From a virus (lineage: Duplodnaviria > Caudoviricetes), in the IMG/VR virus record IMGVR_UViG_3300025600_000019, positions 7,366 through 71,365 of that record: a stretch of 64,000 nucleotides of DNA; one strand, written 5' to 3'. Under the pieces are notes generated by a model. That model searched no databases. It saw nothing but the letters and a program-made list of their open reading frames with translations, and had not been told where the DNA came from. Positions 57,106 to 64,000 of the stretch are shown here, one piece after another. Positions within the stretch are counted from its first letter, which is position 1, and each line of letters begins with the position of its first letter. The position numbers and the translations under genes are program-made.

Positions 57106-57930
57106 ATGTTCAACCGTATAATTCATTTGTATTGGGGCAAGAATCAACCACTGTCATATCTACGAGCATTAACAGTGCTGTCATTCCACAAGTTGAATCC
57201 AGATTGGGATGTTCGTTTGTGGGTTCCTTCTGTGCCTTCTCAAGAATCTCCATGGAAAACTGGAGAACAAGTCAATTGTTATACCGGGCATGACTACTTA
57301 ATTGATCTGTGTGATTTTGTGTATGTGATTGACTTTGAAAGTGTTGGCATCCCCAATAGCACTCCAGAGGTTCATAAATCTGATCTACTTCGTTGGTACT
57401 TGCTGGCAGAGTATGGTGGTATTTGGTCTGACATGGATATTCTATATATTAAGTCATTATCAGATACAAAATGCGATCAATGGGTTGGGGCAGGGTTGTG
57501 TCAGTATCGTGCAGTAACTAATTGGACAAAGCAGTTCCAAGCAATCGGGTTTCTTACGTCCTCAGGGATAGGGAAACTCTTTTTCCGTAAATTGTTCACA
57601 TTTGGACTTGAACAAATGCCGCAGGAAGCGTACCAAGCATTTGGTGCTGAATTACTTAATAAGTATCTTGCATATGTGTGGCCAGTGTGTGAAACGTTGC
57701 CATTTTATCATGATCCAGAAATTGTATACCATTATTATGTGACAGGGACTATGCAACAATATTTTCAACCAGTTGAATTGCAACTACATCCAGATACAAT
57801 TGGACTTCATTGGTATGCAGGGAATCCAGAGGTCGCTAAAAAGGAATGTCTGGTAACAGAAGAAAATGCATTTAGTTTCATTGATAAATACGTGCTTGTA
57901 AAGGAGGCCTGGAAATTATGGGAAAAATAA
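57106..57930 (+). CDS. GT32-like (DxD) glycosyltransferase
   Basis: IIHLYWG, KSDLLRWYLLAEYGGIWSDMD and GLHWY. Confidence 0.85.
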   Translation: MFNRIIHLYWGKNQPLSYLRALTVLSFHKLNPDWDVRLWVPSVPSQESPWKTGEQVNCYTGHDYLIDLCDFVYVIDFESVGIPNSTPEVHKSDLLRWYLLAEYGGIWSDMDILYIKSLSDTKCDQWVGAGLCQYRAVTNWTKQFQAIGFLTSSGIGKLFFRKLFTFGLEQMPQEAYQAFGAELLNKYLAYVWPVCETLPFYHDPEIVYHYYVTGTMQQYFQPVELQLHPDTIGLHWYAGNPEVAKKECLVTEENAFSFIDKYVLVKEAWKLWEK

Positions 57931-58712
57931 AGTACTCATTCCTAATCCCTTATATTGATCGAATCCCACAATTCAGAACCACATTGGAATCTTTTATTTA
58001 TCATGAATATCATTTACGTGGTGATATTGAATTGGTTATTGTTGAGGATGTAAAGAATTTCAAGAATCAGCATACTAGGAAAAACTTGGCTGATCTTTTG
58101 GGTGCGTACGTTTCACGATTGCCAATTTACACTTTAATTGCTGGTGAAATGGAGCATTGGAGTCCTGTAACATTGTTTAATGTTGCGGCAAAACATGCTT
58201 CTGGGGAATACGTGATTTTAACGAATCCCGAATGTGCTCACCAAACAAATGTGTTAAAAGGGTTAGATGCTCATTTTGAGAAGTTCCCAGAATCTTATGC
58301 AATTGCATCATGTTTATCTGTACTGGCAGAATCTATGACAATGGAACAGTTGCAACATGCAAAAGGTAAATGGTATCAACATTCAAAAGAAAGGAATGTG
58401 TTGGTCCATTTTTGTGCGGCAATGAAGAAAGAATTTTATGAAAAGATAGGAGGTTTTGACGAGCAATACAAATTTGGAGTTTGTTTTGACGATGATGATT
58501 TTAGGAATCGAGTGATGCAAGCAAAGATACTTTTTGAGGTATTGGATGATCTTGTAACAGTACATCTGAACCATTACAAAGAGCAACCCCCAGGGTATGT
58601 AAAGTTGCATGAGATCAATAAGAAATATTTTGAATCCGTTTGGGGTTCCAATTCTTTTACTGCTGAAAAGATTTGTGTCCCTGCATATGAAGAAACAGAG
58701 GTAACACCCTAA
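57918..58712 (+). CDS. GT2-like glycosyltransferase
   Basis: SFLIPY, LVIVED, FNVAAKHASGEYVI and IGGFDEQY..FDDDDF. Confidence 0.85.
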   Translation: MGKIKYSFLIPYIDRIPQFRTTLESFIYHEYHLRGDIELVIVEDVKNFKNQHTRKNLADLLGAYVSRLPIYTLIAGEMEHWSPVTLFNVAAKHASGEYVILTNPECAHQTNVLKGLDAHFEKFPESYAIASCLSVLAESMTMEQLQHAKGKWYQHSKERNVLVHFCAAMKKEFYEKIGGFDEQYKFGVCFDDDDFRNRVMQAKILFEVLDDLVTVHLNHYKEQPPGYVKLHEINKKYFESVWGSNSFTAEKICVPAYEETEVTP

Positions 58713-58719
58713 AATTTAC

Positions 58720-58748
58720 TTGTAATTTCCTAATTTATATTTTATCAT
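58720..58748 (+). promoter_or_regulatory. Sigma70-like promoter TTGTAA-17-TATCAT upstream of the capsid operon
   Basis: Exact 17-nt spacer in an intergenic AT-rich gap. Confidence 0.55.
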
Positions 58749-58787
58749 GAATAGTGCCAAAAACAGAATAGGGAAGGTACTTTAAAA

Positions 58788-60032
58788 ATGCTTTATTATT
58801 CACCAACAATCAATATTATTGAAAATTCAAAACGAGTACAGTTTGAGGGCCGGGACACAATAATCGCTCCTGTCGTCTTAATGGTTGAAGGCGTCCATAA
58901 TGGTTCGTCGGGCCCTCTATTTTATTCAGCGAAAGAATTGGAATTAAGTGCCTCATTTTGGAATGGGATGCCAGTTCCAGTTTATCATCCAAAGGATGTT
59001 GCAGGATTGCCTATTAGTTGCAATTCTCCAGATGTAATGAATGCATATTGTGTTGGTCGTTTGTACAATGTCGTGTATTCAGACCAGCCTACTCCACGTT
59101 TAAAGGGAGATGTTTATGTGGATGTAAGTCGTGCCACGAATGTTAACGCCTGTGTTCTTGACATGCTTGTACAGAATAAACCTTTGGAAGTTTCCACGGG
59201 TTTGTTTAGTACTGATGAAGTGATTGAAGGTATTTGGAATACAGAAAAATACAGTGCAATCGTCCGGGATATCAGGCCGGATCATTTAGCATTGCTTCCA
59301 GAACTTAAGGGAGCATGTTCATGGGAAGATGGTTGTGGTATTCGTGCTAATACAGAAAAAGGGGGATTGTATATGGCGGATGAAAAAAAAGGGACTCTTC
59401 TGGATCGAATTGTTTCTTGGTTGTCAGGGGAGTACATCAAAGCCAACTCGGAAGAAAAAGTGGAAGATGTTAATCAAATTATGGTAAATATTACAAAGCA
59501 GAAAGAAGAAATTAAAGAAAGCAAAAGGGAGGAAGTATTTATGGAACGGAAAGAAAAAGTTACAGCACTGATTGCAAATGGTCATTTTGTGGAAGATGAT
59601 CGAAAATTCCTTGAAAATTGTGAATGCCCACAGTTTACAAAGATTGAAGCATTGGCAGCTAAACAGGATGTTTCTGCTATTGAAATGGCGAAGTGTAAAG
59701 AACTGATGAAAGGGAATGCAGAAGTAAAACCTGTGACGTTTGAGGAATTGCTTGCTGCTGCTCCTGCTGAGGTGAAAGCGCAACATGAATTTGTTGCCAA
59801 TCAGATCAAAGAACGTAAAGCGGGTCTGGTTGCTCAGATCAAAGCAAATGAATCCAACAAAATCACGGATGAACGCCTGTCGAGAATGGACATGGAAACA
59901 TTGGCAGAAATTGCTGGTTCTATAGTTCCTGTTGTCAATTACGCCGGTGCGCAAGGCTCACGTTTTGTTGATGCTGGTGAACAGGGTGAAGCCCCTATGG
60001 TAGTTCCTGTAATCAATTTTGAAAAAAAATAA
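58788..60032 (+). CDS. Capsid maturation protease (DUF2213-like) fused to scaffold
   Basis: APVVLMVEGVHNG, PVYHP, EVSTG, PDHLALLP and GACSWEDGCG, followed by a helical charged C-terminus. Confidence 0.8.
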   Translation: MLYYSPTINIIENSKRVQFEGRDTIIAPVVLMVEGVHNGSSGPLFYSAKELELSASFWNGMPVPVYHPKDVAGLPISCNSPDVMNAYCVGRLYNVVYSDQPTPRLKGDVYVDVSRATNVNACVLDMLVQNKPLEVSTGLFSTDEVIEGIWNTEKYSAIVRDIRPDHLALLPELKGACSWEDGCGIRANTEKGGLYMADEKKGTLLDRIVSWLSGEYIKANSEEKVEDVNQIMVNITKQKEEIKESKREEVFMERKEKVTALIANGHFVEDDRKFLENCECPQFTKIEALAAKQDVSAIEMAKCKELMKGNAEVKPVTFEELLAAAPAEVKAQHEFVANQIKERKAGLVAQIKANESNKITDERLSRMDMETLAEIAGSIVPVVNYAGAQGSRFVDAGEQGEAPMVVPVINFEKK

Positions 60033-60061
60033 TACTATATTAATCTAAGGAGGAATTACAA

Positions 60062-60511
60062 ATGGCTTATAACACTATTATGTTAAAATCCCTTGCCCAG
60101 AATCGTCTGGAGAAAGTGGCAGCTGGAGCAATCACCCCAGGACATCTGGTTAAAGTAACCTCTTCGGATGCATTTATTGTGCATCCCACTGTTGGTGGTG
60201 CTGTTATTCCAATCTTTGCACTTGAGGATGAATTGCAGGGTAAAGTAATTACTGATGCATATGCTTCTACCGATAGAGTACAAGCGAATATTTGTCAGCG
60301 TGGTGATGAAGTCAATGCTATTCTGGCAACTTCTCAGACAATCATCATTGGTGATTATCTTGAAAGTGCTGGTGATGGAACGCTGGCAAAAGCCCAGGCT
60401 CAGGGTTCCGTGAGTGATGGGGAATCCTACCCAAATAGAATTGTTGCTACAGCAACGGAAGCAGTTACAACCACCGGTGCTGTTGCTCGTATTTGTGTAA
60501 GAATAATTTAA
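60062..60511 (+). CDS. Head decoration / cement protein
   Basis: AAGAITPGHLV..ALEDELQG..GDYLESAGDG; between scaffold and capsid genes. Confidence 0.72.
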   Translation: MAYNTIMLKSLAQNRLEKVAAGAITPGHLVKVTSSDAFIVHPTVGGAVIPIFALEDELQGKVITDAYASTDRVQANICQRGDEVNAILATSQTIIIGDYLESAGDGTLAKAQAQGSVSDGESYPNRIVATATEAVTTTGAVARICVRII

Positions 60512-60531
60512 TAAATAAACCATAAGGGGGA

Positions 60532-61605
60532 ATGCACATGGAAGTTAAAATGGACAATTTGATTATGAATGACACCGGGATGAAAGCAGAAGGAGGGGTT
60601 GCACAACGTTTAATGCAGAATGGCATGAACGTTAACTCTCTTCGTCCTTGGGTTGGTAAAGATGGTCGAGCATACATGACGGTTAATGATGGGAATTCAC
60701 CCCATACAATTGTTGTTAACTCTGCGACTTTGCGTCGGTTGGAATGGGAACAGTACGACCAAGCAATCATTAAAGAAGTTCAGCAACGTCTGGTTGGGAT
60801 TGCTGACCTCCAGAGTCGTGGTTTGGTGTACAACATCGCCAATGGTCTTGGTAAAACTATACTGACCTCTGAAAATATTAACACGTATTTGACTGCTGAA
60901 CTGAGCATGGATGGTCTTTCCAACACCAAAACTGATCGCCCGGTATACGGTGCTGATTACCTCCCTCTGCCGCTGATTCATTGCGATTATACGATTAATG
61001 CACGTAACCTGGCTGAATCGCGTAATACAGGTGATTCTATTGATACAACCAATGCTCAGATGGCTGCTCGTGCTGTTGCTGAGAAAATGGAAACAATTCT
61101 TTTCACTGGCACAAGTTCTTACAAATATGGTTCCGGTACGATATATGGGTATCTGGATTTCCCCTATATTAATGAAGTGACTTTGGATGCTCATTGGGAT
61201 GCTTCTGGTGTTACTGGTGCTAATATGTTGGCTGATTTGCTTGCTATGAAACAGGCACTTATTACCGATGGTTTCTACGGTCCTTATGTTGTTTATATTC
61301 CGACTGCATATGAAACTGTACTTGATAATGACTTTAAATCTGAGGGTACACTAACTATTCGTCAACGTCTCCTTCAAATTTCTAGTATTACTGATATTAA
61401 AGTTGTTGATAAATTGACTGCTGATCATGTCATCATGGTTCAGATGACTTCCGATGTTGTTCGTCTTGTCAACGGGATGGAGATTACTCCAGTTGAATGG
61501 CAGGAACAGGGTGGGATGGTTCTTCACTACAAAGTAATGGGAATTAAAGTTCCCCAGATTCGTTGTACTCAGGGACAGCATTGCGGTATTGCAGTATTGT
61601 CATAA
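60532..61605 (+). CDS. Major capsid protein (HK97 fold, encapsulin/linocin-like)
   Basis: Size and position. PLIHCDYTINARNL, AEKMETILF, DGFYGPY and KVMGIKVPQIR. Confidence 0.85.
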   Translation: MHMEVKMDNLIMNDTGMKAEGGVAQRLMQNGMNVNSLRPWVGKDGRAYMTVNDGNSPHTIVVNSATLRRLEWEQYDQAIIKEVQQRLVGIADLQSRGLVYNIANGLGKTILTSENINTYLTAELSMDGLSNTKTDRPVYGADYLPLPLIHCDYTINARNLAESRNTGDSIDTTNAQMAARAVAEKMETILFTGTSSYKYGSGTIYGYLDFPYINEVTLDAHWDASGVTGANMLADLLAMKQALITDGFYGPYVVYIPTAYETVLDNDFKSEGTLTIRQRLLQISSITDIKVVDKLTADHVIMVQMTSDVVRLVNGMEITPVEWQEQGGMVLHYKVMGIKVPQIRCTQGQHCGIAVLS

Positions 61606-61638
61606 AACCCACAGTAATAAATAGAACGTGATTCAATG

Positions 61639-61675
61639 AAATCCCTCTCCAGTTTAATGGGGGAGGGATTTTTTT
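61639..61675 (+). terminator. Rho-independent terminator after the capsid gene
   Basis: AATCCCTCTCCA/TGGGGAGGGATT stem followed by a T-run. Confidence 0.85.
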
Positions 61676-61690
61676 AAAAGAGGAGACAAT

Positions 61691-62050
61691 ATGGCACGAA
61701 CAGTAACTCCCAAAAAGTTGGAACCAGTTATAAATATGCAAATTCAACATACATGGAAAAGAGTGTCTGGGAAATTGTATTTTAAAGAAGGTGGCGTTAA
61801 AAAGGTTATAGTTCCTGGTGATGTAATAATAGCACCAGATGATTTCTATATTGGGAATGCCAAATGGATTGATTTAGGTCCTGTTGTCGTTGAAAAGCAT
61901 GTGGTGCAGTCCACACCTACTTTCCACAAAGAGCAAACAAAAGAAGGTTGGTACTTGTACAAAGATCAAGACAAAAAGCCTTTTAACGATGTTCCTTTAA
62001 CGGAACAAGAAGTGGACGAAATAATCAATGCAACCCTGGAAAATTCATAA
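61691..62050 (+). CDS. Hypothetical head-module protein
   Basis: GAGGAG RBS; position after the major capsid gene. Confidence 0.55.
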   Translation: MARTVTPKKLEPVINMQIQHTWKRVSGKLYFKEGGVKKVIVPGDVIIAPDDFYIGNAKWIDLGPVVVEKHVVQSTPTFHKEQTKEGWYLYKDQDKKPFNDVPLTEQEVDEIINATLENS

Positions 62051-62633
62051 GATATGGAATGATGCTACGGTGTTCCTCTTAGGAGGAGGGCCTAGTTTAA
62101 CCCAGGCAGACGTTGAATCCCTGCGTGGAAAGCGTGTTATTGCAGTTAATGACGCCTTTAAATTGGGACGTAATTGGATCCCTGTAGTTTGGTTTTCTGA
62201 TTGTCGTTGGTATACTTGGAACTTTGCTGAATTGATGAATTTCAAAGGGCTAATCATGGGCTGCCCACCCTGCAAGTGTGAACACCTGCGATTGCTAAAA
62301 GTGAAACGTAAAAATTTATCAGGGATAAGCACGAACCCAGAACAGGTGTATTGGAACGCAAATTCAGGAGCATCAGCAATTAATGCAGCGTATTTACTTG
62401 GTGCCAAACGAATTGTTCTTTTAGGGTATGACATGAAGCAAACAGACGGGAGAGACAATTGGCACCAAAATCATAAGTTTTCACCTCGTCCAAATATATA
62501 CAATGAACTGTTTTTACCGCACTTTAAAAAGATTGCGGAAGATGCTCAGAATTTGGGATTGGAAATATTGAACGCAACCCTAGATAGTGCAATACAGGAA
62601 TTTAAAAAAGTTAATTTAAAGGAGTTATTATGA
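62028..62633 (+). CDS. Maf/DUF115 (MptE-like, sialyltransferase-related fold) protein
   Basis: FLLGGGPSL, IAVNDA, NSGASAIN and IVLLGYDM. Confidence 0.7.
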   Translation: MQPWKIHKIWNDATVFLLGGGPSLTQADVESLRGKRVIAVNDAFKLGRNWIPVVWFSDCRWYTWNFAELMNFKGLIMGCPPCKCEHLRLLKVKRKNLSGISTNPEQVYWNANSGASAINAAYLLGAKRIVLLGYDMKQTDGRDNWHQNHKFSPRPNIYNELFLPHFKKIAEDAQNLGLEILNATLDSAIQEFKKVNLKELL

Positions 62634-63055
62634 TACGTGAGTGGTTACTTATTTTTTGTATTTCCATTGGGGTAGGTTTTTCTACGATGCTTGTAGCCTC
62701 CGCGGCATATGGACCACCAAAGATTGATGGTAGTTTGTTTAATGATAATGCTGGAGTTTCTGTTCCTTCATTCATTCCCGATCCTGCTAAGAGTCAAGTG
62801 AATGCTTCAATGACAGGTACGATCACCTTTAAAAAGGGGACTGGTGGAACTGTCAACGTCACAGGGTGGTTGGCAATGCAGGTGGATCCAACAGCAGATG
62901 CAACTTACTATTTCAACACAGATAGTACCAAAACGTACCCATTGCGTGCTGGGAGTGACAACTTCATTTGGATTGGTCAATTGCAGGCTAATGAATATGT
63001 AACATTAGTACTTGGTGAGGCAACAGCATCTATCCAAGGAATGAAAGGGAGGTAA
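62630..63055 (+). CDS. Signal-peptide / N-anchored beta-rich protein
   Basis: MIREWLLIFCISIGVGFSTMLVASA leader followed by a beta-rich domain. Confidence 0.5.
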   Translation: MIREWLLIFCISIGVGFSTMLVASAAYGPPKIDGSLFNDNAGVSVPSFIPDPAKSQVNASMTGTITFKKGTGGTVNVTGWLAMQVDPTADATYYFNTDSTKTYPLRAGSDNFIWIGQLQANEYVTLVLGEATASIQGMKGR

Positions 63056-63057
63056 GT

Positions 63058-63408
63058 ATGTTCACCGGGGTTACGGATGCGGAAGTAAAAGCAATTTTAG
63101 ACACAGAGATCTCAACAACTCCGTTCATTACCACAGCACATTTGATTGTGATGGAACAACTGTACCCCCTTGGCAGAATGACAGATGCTCGTTTGTCTCT
63201 AATTGAGTTGTATTTGTCTGCTCATTTGGCATGTGCTCTTGATCCCAGAATCAGTGTGGAGAAAATTGGGGACAGTCAAAATTCATACCAAGGCAAAACA
63301 GGACTAGGACTTGATGCTACAATGTACGGGCAGCAAGTCAAGTTGCTTGATGTGTCGGGAGTACTTGTCAATTCTGATCGATTAAAAGCAACCTTGGAGT
63401 GTGTGTGA
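63058..63408 (+). CDS. Head-tail adaptor (DUF4054-like)
   Basis: IELYLSAHL..EKIGD..LDATMYGQQV. Confidence 0.72.
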   Translation: MFTGVTDAEVKAILDTEISTTPFITTAHLIVMEQLYPLGRMTDARLSLIELYLSAHLACALDPRISVEKIGDSQNSYQGKTGLGLDATMYGQQVKLLDVSGVLVNSDRLKATLECV

Positions 63409-63986
63409 TGAATATTAATTGCGAAAAATTTATTTTCCTTTATAATAATAAGTACATTAAACTGAATGAAGCACAACATGAAGGAATGTTGGAACTTTTA
63501 AATTTTATTAACACAGATGCAAATGTTAAAGATATTCGTTGGATTGCATACATACTGGCTACAGTAAAACATGAATGCGCCGGTAAATGGAAACCAATAG
63601 CAGAGTTTAGCAAGGGTAAGGGGTACAAATATGGCCGCAAAGATCAATTAACAGGTCAGATATATTACGGCAGAGGATACCCACAAACAACGTGGAAAGA
63701 TAATTATGCAACTTCACAGAACATATGGAACAAGTTTCACCCCAAACAGCCTGTTGACTTTATTAACAATCCAGATTTGCTTTTGGTTCCTGAGTATGCT
63801 TATTTTTGTATGTCATACAATATGAGATTTGGAGTATACACTGGAGTGGGATTGAAAAAGTATTTTAATGATAAAACTGAGGACCCTGTTAATGCAAGAC
63901 GAATTATTAATGGTATAGATTGTGCTGAAAAGATTGCAAAGTATTACCAAGAGATTAAAGTTATGTTAGAAAATTCGGAGGCATGA
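63408..63986 (+). CDS. Endolysin, glycoside hydrolase family 19-like
   Basis: AYILATVKHE, YYGRGYPQTTWKDNY, PDLL and ARRIING. Confidence 0.88.
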   Translation: MNINCEKFIFLYNNKYIKLNEAQHEGMLELLNFINTDANVKDIRWIAYILATVKHECAGKWKPIAEFSKGKGYKYGRKDQLTGQIYYGRGYPQTTWKDNYATSQNIWNKFHPKQPVDFINNPDLLLVPEYAYFCMSYNMRFGVYTGVGLKKYFNDKTEDPVNARRIINGIDCAEKIAKYYQEIKVMLENSEA

Positions 63987-64000
63987 CATGACATTTAGAG

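Noticed and set aside
60015-60060. Frameshift from the scaffold into the decoration gene at TTTGAAAAAAAATAA
   Set aside because: The -1 frame hits TAA within a few codons, and the next gene has its own AAGGAGG RBS.
1-64000. CRISPR array, tRNA genes, integrase/repressor, stop-codon reassignment
   Set aside because: No regularly spaced repeat-spacer units, cloverleafs or tyrosine/serine recombinase motifs were seen by eye, and conserved genes are full length in the standard code. A lysogeny module outside the window cannot be excluded.

Overview
The window is about 64 kb of a tailed dsDNA bacteriophage genome, AT-rich and read in the standard genetic code. The J-type tail tip suggests a siphovirus-like phage. 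The window starts inside the tail-tip gene and ends in the head-neck module, so the tail tube and tape-measure genes lie outside it. There are three transcriptional blocks. Block 1 (+, 1-7118) holds the tail tip, a small fibre gene and two membrane proteins. Block 2 (-, 7200-38379) holds early, replication and recombination genes: a split SbcC/Rad50 with SbcD, T7-type endonuclease I, UvsX/RecA, gp32-like SSB, UvsY, clamp loader, a split family A polymerase (UDG plus exonuclease on one gene, polymerase on another), a DNA MTase, a beta-clamp, DnaB, a lambda O-like initiator with iterons, primase and a SNF2 helicase. It also carries a complete 7-deazaguanine DNA-modification pathway (dpdA, queF, folE, queC, queE, queD) in which folE and queE each contain an HNH intein. 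Block 3 (+, 38611-64000) holds terS, nucleotide-pool enzymes, terL, five consecutive signal-peptide proteins, four glycosyltransferase-like genes and a radical SAM gene, portal, a MuF-ADP-ribosyltransferase fusion, protease/scaffold, decoration protein, major capsid, head-tail adaptor and a GH19 endolysin. No integrase, repressor, tRNA, CRISPR array or reverse transcriptase was recognised. The best leads are the exported fibre/lectin-like gene island, the glycosylation and radical SAM genes in the head module, the doubly intein-gated dPreQ1 pathway, the MuF toxin with a possible immunity gene, an SSB-type DDEDIPF tail on the sliding clamp, a possibly three-part Rad50, and two candidate structured RNA leaders. 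All calls come from motif recognition and manual base-pairing; no database searches or folding software were run.
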